From: Burkholderiaceae bacterium
GTDB lineage: Bacteria; Pseudomonadota; Gammaproteobacteria; Burkholderiales; Burkholderiaceae_E
DNA length: 64,000 nt
Direction: 5' to 3'
NCBI GenBank assembly: GCA_019635275.1
Contig: JAHBZV010000001.1
Span: 199,626 to 263,625 of the forward strand
Part shown: in pieces, positions 1 to 8,258 of the stretch
How positions within the stretch are numbered: the stretch's first letter is position 1
How the letters are laid out: every line of letters starts with the position of its first letter
Notes under the pieces: generated by a model
Databases searched by the model: none
Told to the model about the DNA's origin: nothing
Seen by the model: only the letters and a program-made list of their open reading frames with translations
Made by a program: the position numbers and the translations under genes

Positions 1-155
1 CGCACGAAGTCCGCTGGCGGCCGGTCTGACTCGAGTTCAAACAGGGTCGGGAAGCGAAGCTCGCACACGGCTTGCGAAATGAAGTTACGTGCGAAGTGTC
101 GTCTCTCCACCTTCGGAACGGACAGCGGCCTCTTCTTCAGACCTTCGCCGTTCAT
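1..155 (-). CDS. TIGR04255-family-like protein, N-terminal part (runs off the left edge)
   Basis: Not in ORF track. Manual minus-strand translation from ATG at 155: MNGEGLKKRPLSVPKVERRHFARNFISQAVCELRFPTLFELESDRPPADFV. The RNFxxQAVCELRFP segment resembles the TIGR04255 N-terminus. Confidence 0.6.
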   Translation of the reverse strand, partial: MNGEGLKKRPLSVPKVERRHFARNFISQAVCELRFPTLFELESDRPPADFV

Positions 156-629
156 GAGGACTTTTCCCGCATTAAACCCCCCAACGCATCAATTGCCGAG
201 CCAGTACAACCCGGCTGCTGCTTAGGCCGAGTGCGCTCCACTATGCCAATCGAAACAAGGCTAGAAGCGACCGACCAAGACAACGACAAGCATCGCGCCC
301 GGACACCAACAAGCCGCATCGACCGTCCCGCCCGGGGATAGCCCCAAAGGGACAGATAGTCTGACACGAACGTAGGCCGTTCTCAATTCGCCGGCAGACG
401 GCGTGGACACTGGACGACTTCTGTGGGGTCACGTTCGCCCGCCCAACTTCATCGTCCTGCTTTTCGCAGACACCATCGGACCGCACAATGCGGCGAACGG
501 AGGTCGGAGGGGTAAGTTCTCCCTGCGTCACCCGGTTTCCGCGTGTCGCCAGCGCCATAATTCATTGTCGCCGGACCCGCCCCCCTAGCGGTCCTCGGGG
601 AGATGCGGCGGAACACACGGATCATTGTC

Positions 630-1451
630 GTGACCGATACACAATCGAACCCTGCGCCAGTCGCCGCCTACACCGCGCTCGAAGCCCGCACCTTCCGCGC
701 CAGCACCCTGACCCGCGGCCCCTGGGACCCCAACCACCAACACGCCGGCCCACCGATCGCCCTGGTCTGCCGCGCCGTCGAACAAGCCGCCCACGAGCAC
801 GGCCTCACCCACATCGCCCGCCTCACCGCCAACCTGCTGCGCCCCGTCCCGATCGGCGACCTCATCGTCGAAGTCATGACCGACTACGTCGGCCGCAACG
901 CCGGGCACTTCTCGGCCCACCTGATGGCCGGCAACAAGGACGTCGCGCGTTTCACGGCCCTCGCGCAACGCGAGTCGCCCTGCGAGTTGCCGGCGGAACT
1001 CCCCGGACATCCATTGCCGATGGCGCCGCTCGCCCCCGAGGCCTCGCCGCCGGCGACCTTCCCGTTCGCTGGCCGGCAGGTCGGCTATGCCGACCTGGTC
1101 GAGACGCGTCTCGCACAGGGAACGTTCTGGAAGGGTCCCTGCGCGATCTGGTTCCGCCTGCGTCATCCGCTGCTGGAGGGCGAGGCGCCCAGCCCCTATC
1201 AGCGGGTCGCGGTCGCCGCGGACTCCGGCAACGGCATCAGCGCCGTTCTCGACTACCAGCGCTACAGCTTCGTGAACTCGGACCTCACCATCAACCTGTT
1301 GCGACGGCCGGTCGGCGAGTGGATCTGCCTCGATGCGCGCACCGCGGTCGGTCCGGACGGTGGCGGCCTCGCCGAATCGGCGCTCTATGACGCGCAGGGC
1401 CTGATCGGACGCGCGACGCAGAGCCTGGCGGTGCGCCTGCGATCGTCGTGA
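630..1451 (+). CDS. Acyl-CoA thioesterase family protein (double hotdog fold)
   Basis: ORF 603..1451, start probably GTG 630. Motifs TRGPWDPNHQHAGPP, AADSGNG and FVNSDLTINL. Confidence 0.85.
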   Translation: MTDTQSNPAPVAAYTALEARTFRASTLTRGPWDPNHQHAGPPIALVCRAVEQAAHEHGLTHIARLTANLLRPVPIGDLIVEVMTDYVGRNAGHFSAHLMAGNKDVARFTALAQRESPCELPAELPGHPLPMAPLAPEASPPATFPFAGRQVGYADLVETRLAQGTFWKGPCAIWFRLRHPLLEGEAPSPYQRVAVAADSGNGISAVLDYQRYSFVNSDLTINLLRRPVGEWICLDARTAVGPDGGGLAESALYDAQGLIGRATQSLAVRLRSS

Positions 1452-1561
1452 GCCCTTCTCGAGGATGCCGGAGGCGCTCCAGCCTGTAGCCGGCTGGCGG
1501 TGGTGGAGGGCAGGGCTTCCCTGATTCCTTCTCGGCGCGACCGGAAGCCAGGTCCGAGACT

Positions 1562-2152
1562 TCAGGCCGGTGCGTCGGACGAAATGATCCAGAGCACTTT
1601 CGAGTGGGTCGCCGCGAGGTTTCGGAACCAGTGCGGCTGGCTGCTATCGAATTGGAAGCTGTCACCCTGTTCGAGGGTGCAGATGCGCTCGCCGACCGTC
1701 AGCTCGAAGCGCCCTTCCAGAACGAGGCCGGCTTTCTCGCCGTTGCGCGTCCAGGGCTCGGCTCCCGAGCCGCCACCCGGTTCGATCACCAGCATGATGA
1801 CTTCCAGGCATGAGTGCCCGGGTGGTGACAAGAGCTCCTTGACGAGCCCCAGCTTCTCGAACTGAAGCCGTGATCGGTGGTTGGCACGGACGACGAGATC
1901 GTCCCTGCTGCTTCGCGCCTCGCCGCGAACGAAGAAGCTCGCCAGTGGCACGCCCAATGCAATGCGAAGGCGTTCCAGCGTTTTCAGTGAGGGAGATGTC
2001 TGGCCGCGCTCGATGTGGCTGAGCATCGCGACCGAGACCTGTGAAAGCAGCGACAGCTCGGCGAGCGTCATTGCCTTTTCGCTCCGAAGCTCCCGCAAGC
2101 GGGAGCCAAGATCATCGAGCGCAAGTGAATCGCCCGCGTCATCCGGCTTCAT
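1562..2152 (-). CDS. XRE-family HTH transcriptional regulator with C-terminal cupin (PuuR-like)
   Basis: HTH (LGSRLRELR...LSHIERGQTSPSLKTL) plus cupin (GEKAGLVLEG...GDSFQFDSSQPHWFRN); divergent from the RidA/ABC operon. Confidence 0.9.
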   Translation of the reverse strand: MKPDDAGDSLALDDLGSRLRELRSEKAMTLAELSLLSQVSVAMLSHIERGQTSPSLKTLERLRIALGVPLASFFVRGEARSSRDDLVVRANHRSRLQFEKLGLVKELLSPPGHSCLEVIMLVIEPGGGSGAEPWTRNGEKAGLVLEGRFELTVGERICTLEQGDSFQFDSSQPHWFRNLAATHSKVLWIISSDAPA

Positions 2153-2242
2153 TCGTTGGATCTGCTTTCAGGGATAGTGGGCTGGCCGAGGGTTGGCGAG
2201 TGGAACGGCGACGCTTTCGGATTGTACCGATCAGGCTAAGGG

Positions 2243-2261
2243 ATTTCACCAACAATGAAAT
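2243..2261. promoter_or_regulatory. Inverted-repeat operator ATTTCA-N7-TGAAAT, candidate site for the XRE-cupin regulator
   Basis: Perfect 6-bp inverted repeat in the AT-rich divergent spacer; an imperfect related copy starts near 2295. Confidence 0.5.
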
Positions 2262-2390
2262 GAAGGGGGCCGGTGCAGCTATTTACAGTCCAGAATTTCA
2301 ATGCGATGATAAATCAACCTGAAGGTTCGTCATCATCGACGGCGCCTGCAATCAGATGACGGTACGTCGTCATCGCGAAACGGGGGAGCA

Positions 2391-2744
2391 ATGACGCACA
2401 TCCACCGACTCGAGTCGGGCAAGCGACTCAGTGAGGTTCTCGTTCACGACGGGCGAGCGTTCGTGAGCGGGCAGACTGCGGACGACTCCACCCAATGCAT
2501 CCGCGGCCAGACCCGCCAGGTCCTGGGGGCCATCGACCGTCTGCTTGAACTGGCCGGCACCGATCGGACGAGGGTGCTCTTCGCCAACATCTGGTTGCGT
2601 GATCTGGGCGACTTCGACGCAATGAACGAGGTCTGGGAGGGATGGATTCCCGAGGGTTGCGCGCCGGCGCGGGCGACCGTCGCCGCGGGCATCCTGGGTG
2701 GCGATGACGTCAGGATCGAGATCGCCCTGCAGGCGGCGGTCTGA
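2391..2744 (+). CDS. RidA/YjgF/UK114 family protein (YoaB-like)
   Basis: Motifs FVSGQ, DFDAMNEVWEGW, PARATV and RIEIA; GGGGAG RBS upstream. Confidence 0.9.
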   Translation: MTHIHRLESGKRLSEVLVHDGRAFVSGQTADDSTQCIRGQTRQVLGAIDRLLELAGTDRTRVLFANIWLRDLGDFDAMNEVWEGWIPEGCAPARATVAAGILGGDDVRIEIALQAAV

Positions 2745-2766
2745 CCAAACATTGAGGAGGTGGGAA

Positions 2767-4383
2767 ATGAGGGTAGTGCGAGGATTCCGCCGGCTCGCCC
2801 GGCTTCTGGGGTACGCAGCGATCGTCGCGATCGTTGCGCCGCTGTCGATCGCGAACGCTCAGCAGCGCGGAGGAACGCTGATCATCACGACCACGCCGGA
2901 ACCGGCGGTCATCACGAATGCCTTCAGTTCGGCCCCGGTGACCAACGAGGTTGGCACGAAGATCTTTGACGGCCTGCTCGAGTACGACGCGGACCTGAAA
3001 CCGATTCCGTCACTCGCGGAATCGTGGACGGTCAGCCCGGACGGCAAGACGGTGACCTTCCGCCTGCGCAAGGGCGTTTCCTGGCACGACGGCAAACCCT
3101 TCACCAGTGCAGACGTCCAGTTCTCGCTGCTCAAGGTGGTGCGGGAATATCATCCGCGCGGGCCCGGAAACCTCGGCGCGATCGTCGCGATCGACACGCC
3201 GGATGCACACACCGCGGTCGTCCGCCTCGCACATCCGTATCCGCCGATGATGAAGGGGCTGTCGAGCCTCGAAGTGCCGATTCTTCCGAAACATGTCTAC
3301 GACGGCACCGACTTTCGCAACAACCCGGCAATGAACGCCCCGATCGGAACCGGGCCGTTCAAGTTCTCGAAATGGGAGAAGGGGAGCTTCATCCAGCTCG
3401 AGCGCAACGACAAGTACTGGCGCGAAGGGCGCCCTTATCTCGACCGGCTGATCTTCCGCTTCATCGCCGACGCCTCGACCCGCGCAGCGGCCATCGAGAA
3501 GGGCGAAGTGCACGTCGCGACGTTCGGAACCATCAATCCTGTGGAGATGCGGCGCCTGGAGAAACTGCCGCATCTCGAGATTGCGGCGGGCGGCTACGAA
3601 GCGCTGGCTCCCGTGATGCTGATCGAGCTCAACACCATCCGTGCTCCGCTCAACGACAAGCGTGTTCGCCAGGCCATCGCCTACGCAATCGACCGGAAGT
3701 TCATCCTGGAGAACATCTGGTACGGCTTCGGGAAGCCGGCAGTCGGCCCGATCTCGTCGGTCTACTCGGGGGCAGGTCTGTACACCACGGAAGGCGTGCG
3801 ACGGTACGACGTCAAGGATCGCCTCGACATCGCCAACCGGCTGCTTGACGAGGCGGGCTACAAGCGCGGCGCCGACGGCATTCGCTTCAAGATGGTCCAC
3901 GACGTCGGCCCCTTCGGCGAGGACTGGCGGCGGATGGGCGAATACATCAAGCAAGCCCTGGCTCGCGTGGGAATCGATGTTGCGATCCGCAGCAACGACT
4001 CGCCTACCTACATGCGGCAGGTCTTCACCGATCACGACTTCTTCATGGCCTCCGGATGGTTCATCGGCATGGCAGATCCGACGCTGGGCGTCCAGCGCCA
4101 GTACTGGTCCAAGAACATCAAGCCCGGAACGCCGTTCAACAACACCACCCGTTACAGCAATCCCGATGTCGACAGGCTGTGGGAGGCGGCCCAGACCGAA
4201 CTCGATCCGGAGCGACGCGCCAGGATCTTCCATGACATCCAGCGCCAGATCGTCGACGACAGCCCTGTGATCTGGCTCATCGAGATGGCGCTCGTGGCGG
4301 TTCAGAACACCAAGGTTCAGAACCTGATTACGACGCCGCTCGGAATCCGCGGCGGACTTTACGAAACCTGGCTCAAGCCCTAG
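2767..4383 (+). CDS. ABC transporter substrate-binding protein, family 5 (peptide/nickel)
   Basis: Signal peptide; LAESWTVSPDG..TFRLRKGVSWHDGKPFTSADV and PIGTGPF motifs. Start moved to ATG 2767, which follows GAGGAGG. Confidence 0.92.
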   Translation: MRVVRGFRRLARLLGYAAIVAIVAPLSIANAQQRGGTLIITTTPEPAVITNAFSSAPVTNEVGTKIFDGLLEYDADLKPIPSLAESWTVSPDGKTVTFRLRKGVSWHDGKPFTSADVQFSLLKVVREYHPRGPGNLGAIVAIDTPDAHTAVVRLAHPYPPMMKGLSSLEVPILPKHVYDGTDFRNNPAMNAPIGTGPFKFSKWEKGSFIQLERNDKYWREGRPYLDRLIFRFIADASTRAAAIEKGEVHVATFGTINPVEMRRLEKLPHLEIAAGGYEALAPVMLIELNTIRAPLNDKRVRQAIAYAIDRKFILENIWYGFGKPAVGPISSVYSGAGLYTTEGVRRYDVKDRLDIANRLLDEAGYKRGADGIRFKMVHDVGPFGEDWRRMGEYIKQALARVGIDVAIRSNDSPTYMRQVFTDHDFFMASGWFIGMADPTLGVQRQYWSKNIKPGTPFNNTTRYSNPDVDRLWEAAQTELDPERRARIFHDIQRQIVDDSPVIWLIEMALVAVQNTKVQNLITTPLGIRGGLYETWLKP

Positions 4384-4449
4384 CGCGGCCTTGCTGGCGC
4401 CCGGGGCAATTCAGTTCACGCCCCGGGCACCGAATGCTGGAGATCGCTC

Positions 4450-5448
4450 ATGTGGAAGGCCCGCGCCAGGTACATCTTTGGGCGCCTGCTCCACGGCGTC
4501 CCGATCGTGCTCGCGATCGTCGTTGCCAACTTCTTCCTGATTCGCCTTGCGCCCGGCGATGCAGCTCAAGTCCTGGCCGGGGAGGCGGGCGCGGCGACTG
4601 AGCAGTACATGCAGCAGATCCGCAGCCAGTTCGGCCTCGATCGCCCGCTGGCCGTGCAGTTCTTCAGCTACATGAAGAACATTCTCGTCTTCGATCTCGG
4701 GTACTCGTTTCGCCACGGCCGCACCGTGGCGAGCTTGATCCTCGATCGCCTCGGTGCGACCGCTCTGCTGATGTTCGTCTCGATGGCCCTGTCCCTCGGG
4801 ATGGGGATTCTTCTCGGCACGATCGCGGCACGTCGAAATCGGAGCCCGGCGGCCGCCTTGATCATGCTGGTTGCCATCGTGTCGTACGCGACACCGCTGT
4901 TCTGGGTCGGGCTGATGTTGATCATTCTCTTCTCGATCAATCTCGGATGGTTTCCCACGAGCGGAATGTCGACAGTCGGCCTGGATGCCACGGGCCTGGC
5001 CTATGCGTTGGACGTCGCTTATCACCTGGTGCTGCCGGCAATCACCCTGTCGTTCTTCTACATGGCGCTGTACACGCGACTGATGCGCGCGTCGATGCTG
5101 GAGACCTTGCGGCTCGATTTTGTACGAACCGCGCGGGCCAAGGGGATATCCGAACGCAAGATCGTGCGTCGGCACGTGATTCGAAACGCGATCCTGCCAG
5201 TGTTCACGATGGCCGGGGTCCAGGTTTCGGGGATGCTCGGCGGATCGGTGATCGTCGAATCGGTTTTCGGGTGGCCCGGCCTGGGATTGCTCGCATTTGA
5301 GGCGTTGTTTGCACGGGATCTCAACCTGTTGCTCGGCATCTTCTTCCTGAGTTCGATTCTCGTCGTCATCACCAATGCAATCGTCGATCTGGCCTACACG
5401 ATGATCGACCCGAGGATCGAACTGGCACGAGGTCGAAGCAATGCCTGA
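4450..5448 (+). CDS. ABC transporter permease (DppB/OppB-like)
   Basis: APGD motif, FVRTARAKG EAA loop, VIVESVFGWPGLG, C-terminal DPRI. Confidence 0.92.
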   Translation: MWKARARYIFGRLLHGVPIVLAIVVANFFLIRLAPGDAAQVLAGEAGAATEQYMQQIRSQFGLDRPLAVQFFSYMKNILVFDLGYSFRHGRTVASLILDRLGATALLMFVSMALSLGMGILLGTIAARRNRSPAAALIMLVAIVSYATPLFWVGLMLIILFSINLGWFPTSGMSTVGLDATGLAYALDVAYHLVLPAITLSFFYMALYTRLMRASMLETLRLDFVRTARAKGISERKIVRRHVIRNAILPVFTMAGVQVSGMLGGSVIVESVFGWPGLGLLAFEALFARDLNLLLGIFFLSSILVVITNAIVDLAYTMIDPRIELARGRSNA

Positions 5449-6286
5449 GCCGCACGATCCTGCAAGCGCCGCCTGGGGTCGTTTCCGGCGCAACCCTGGC
5501 GCCCTGGTCGGCATGACGATCCTCGGCTGCGTCATCTTGCTTGCCGTGGCTGCGCCCGTCCTGTATCCCGACGATCCCTTCCAGATGGTCGGAAGACCGT
5601 TCGCCAGGCCATTCGATGAGTTCCTGTTCGGCACCGACATGCTCGGGCGAGACATCGCAGCGGGCATTGCGCATGGTGCACGGATCTCGCTGTTGGTCGG
5701 CGTGGTGGCAACGCTGGTAATTGTCACGCTCGGAACCCTGATCGGCGGCGTTGCGGGCTACTACGGCGGGCGCATCGACACGCTTCTGATGCGCTTGACC
5801 GAGTTCTTCCAGACGATACCCACCTTCATTGGCGCAATCGTCATCGTTGCCGTGCTCCAACCGACACTTGCCAACGTCATCGGAGCAATTGCAGCGGTGT
5901 CGTGGGCGCCCCTTGCGCGACTCGTGCGCGGCGAGGTGATCGGCGTCAAGAACCGCGAATTCGTTCAGTCGTGTGTCGCGCTCGGAATGAGCGACTCGAA
6001 GATCTTCGTCGTACAGATATTGCCCAACGTGCTGTCGACCATCGTGGTGGCCGGGTCGTTGATGGTGGCTACCGCAATCCTGTTCGAGTCCGGGCTCTCG
6101 TTTCTCGGACTGGGTGATCCAAACGTAATGACCTGGGGATTCATGATCGGGGCCGGGCGCTCGGCGATGAGGACCGCCTGGTGGATGGTGACGATCCCGG
6201 GCATTGCGATCCTGCTCACTGTGCTCGCCATCAATCTGGTCGGCGACGCCCTCAACGAGGCCTTCAATCCGAGGCTGAAGGCGTGA
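5441..6286 (+). CDS. ABC transporter permease (DppC/OppC-like)
   Basis: FGTDMLGRD, ESGLSFLGLG and GDALNEAFNPR motifs. Confidence 0.92.
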   Translation: MPEPHDPASAAWGRFRRNPGALVGMTILGCVILLAVAAPVLYPDDPFQMVGRPFARPFDEFLFGTDMLGRDIAAGIAHGARISLLVGVVATLVIVTLGTLIGGVAGYYGGRIDTLLMRLTEFFQTIPTFIGAIVIVAVLQPTLANVIGAIAAVSWAPLARLVRGEVIGVKNREFVQSCVALGMSDSKIFVVQILPNVLSTIVVAGSLMVATAILFESGLSFLGLGDPNVMTWGFMIGAGRSAMRTAWWMVTIPGIAILLTVLAINLVGDALNEAFNPRLKA

Positions 6287-7284
6287 ACGAGACAAGCAGC
6301 GTACTCAGCATCCGGAAGCTGAGGACCGAGTTTCGATCCGAGGCCGGGCACTGGTTCCCGGTTGTCCGCGACATCGATCTCGAACTGGCGGCAGGAGAAA
6401 CGCTTGCGGTGGTGGGCGAGTCGGGCTGCGGGAAGAGCATGCTCGCATACTCGATGATGCGGCTCGTGCCTCAGCCCGCCGGAAGAATCGGCGGCGGCCA
6501 GGTCTGGCTCGCCGGGCAGGACCTGCTGTCACTGTCCGAGCGGGACATGCGCGCCATCCGTGGGCGAGAAATGTCCATGATCTTCCAGGAGCCCATGACC
6601 AGCCTGAATCCGCTGATGACCGTCGGGCGGCAGGTGGTCGAGAGCATCGTCGAACATGAGCGTTGCCGGCCGGCGCAGGCCACGCGCCGCGCCCTCGAAC
6701 TGCTGGACCTGGTGGGCATCCCCGAACCAGGCAAGCGGTACGAACAGTACCCGCATCATCTTTCGGGCGGAATGCGCCAGAGAGTCATGATCGCGATCGC
6801 GCTGGCGTGCAAGCCGAAGGTGCTCATCGCCGACGAACCGACGACCGCGCTGGACGTGACGATCCAGGCCCAGGTCCTGGCCCTGATCGATCGCCTCAAG
6901 CGCGACCTCGGAATGGGCGTGATCCTGATCACGCATGACCTCGGCATCGTCGCAGAGTGGTCGCAGCGGGTGATGGTCATGTACGCCGGAAGAAAGGTCG
7001 AGGAGGCCGACGTCGAATCGTTCTTTGTGGCGCCGATGCATCCGTACAGCCGCGCACTGATGGAGAGTGTCCCGCAGCCAGAGCTTGCTGCAGCAGGGCA
7101 GAGTCTCGAGCTCGCTGAAATCCCTGGCGCCGTTCCGGCGCTCGACAAGATGGGTCCGGGCTGCGCATTTGCCACGCGCTGTTCCTACGCGCGCGACTCA
7201 TGCTTGCCGGCGGAGCCCGCGCTCCGCGATCTGGGCGCTGGCCGCGTGGTCGCGTGCGTGCGCGCCGAGGAATTCGCGTCGTGA
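6283..7284 (+). CDS. ABC transporter ATP-binding protein (DppD/OppD-like)
   Basis: Walker A GESGCGKS, LSGGMRQR, IADEPTT and C-terminal GCAFATRC; GTG start overlaps the upstream stop. Confidence 0.92.
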   Translation: MNETSSVLSIRKLRTEFRSEAGHWFPVVRDIDLELAAGETLAVVGESGCGKSMLAYSMMRLVPQPAGRIGGGQVWLAGQDLLSLSERDMRAIRGREMSMIFQEPMTSLNPLMTVGRQVVESIVEHERCRPAQATRRALELLDLVGIPEPGKRYEQYPHHLSGGMRQRVMIAIALACKPKVLIADEPTTALDVTIQAQVLALIDRLKRDLGMGVILITHDLGIVAEWSQRVMVMYAGRKVEEADVESFFVAPMHPYSRALMESVPQPELAAAGQSLELAEIPGAVPALDKMGPGCAFATRCSYARDSCLPAEPALRDLGAGRVVACVRAEEFAS

Positions 7285-8258
7285 GCACCGCTCGCGAGTT
7301 GCTGTCGGTCACGGGGCTGGTCAAGCACCATCACACCGCGGGCGGAATGGTGCGCGCGGTCGATTCGGTTTCGTTTGGCGTCGCAACCGGAGAGACGCTC
7401 GGGCTGGTGGGCGAATCGGGGTGCGGGAAGTCGACGCTCGGCCGAACACTCATCAGGCTTCATGAACCGGACGAAGGTGCCATAGTCTTCGATGGCACGG
7501 ACATCACGCACCTCGGCAGGCGCGCCCTGCGACCGGTGCGGCGTCACCTGCAGATGATCTTTCAGGATCCGTATGCATCATTGAATCCGCGCCGCAGCGT
7601 CGAACAGATCCTGTCCGAGCCGTTCGAAGTTCACGGCGTTGGCGATCGGTTCGATCGGCGCGAACGGGTCGGCAGCCTTCTCGCACGGGTGGGCCTGCGC
7701 TCGGACCATGCGGGGCGCTATCCGCATGAGTTCTCGGGCGGACAGAGGCAGAGAATCGCCATCGCGCGAGCGATCGCGCTGGAGCCCAAACTCGTCGTCT
7801 GCGACGAGCCGGTCTCTGCGCTGGACGTGTCGATCCAGGCACAGATCATCAATCTGCTTCGCAGGCTCCAGACCGAAAGCGGAATATCGTACGTCTTCAT
7901 TTCGCATGACCTGTCCGTGATCGGCCATCTGGCAGATCGGATTGCCGTCATGTATCTCGGCGAGATCGTCGAGATTGCTTCGAGATCGGCCCTGTGGCAT
8001 GAGCCCCTGCATCCCTATTCGCAGGTGCTGTTCTCGGCCATCCCGATCCCTGCCGCGCCGAGCCAGGCGCGGCGGCGCCGCGTCGCCATGGCCGGTGAGC
8101 CGCCGAGCCCGATCGACCCGCCTCCAGGCTGCCGCTTTCACACGCGCTGCCCGCACGCGATGCCGAGGTGCCGTGAGGACGCACCGCGCCTGGGCGTCGT
8201 CGCCGGGGGCACGGGCGGGCAGAGAAGGGTTGCCTGTCACCTGTATGAGGCCCAGTGA
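7281..8258 (+). CDS. ABC transporter ATP-binding protein (DppF/OppF-like)
   Basis: GESGCGKS, FSGGQRQR, CDEPVSALD, GCRFHTRC and VACHL; GTG start overlaps the upstream stop. Confidence 0.92.
   Translation: MSTARELLSVTGLVKHHHTAGGMVRAVDSVSFGVATGETLGLVGESGCGKSTLGRTLIRLHEPDEGAIVFDGTDITHLGRRALRPVRRHLQMIFQDPYASLNPRRSVEQILSEPFEVHGVGDRFDRRERVGSLLARVGLRSDHAGRYPHEFSGGQRQRIAIARAIALEPKLVVCDEPVSALDVSIQAQIINLLRRLQTESGISYVFISHDLSVIGHLADRIAVMYLGEIVEIASRSALWHEPLHPYSQVLFSAIPIPAAPSQARRRRVAMAGEPPSPIDPPPGCRFHTRCPHAMPRCREDAPRLGVVAGGTGGQRRVACHLYEAQ

Noticed and set aside
152-367. 71-aa minus-strand ORF overlapping the TIGR04255-like start
   Set aside because: No recognisable motif or RBS; the ATGA-type overlap alone is insufficient.
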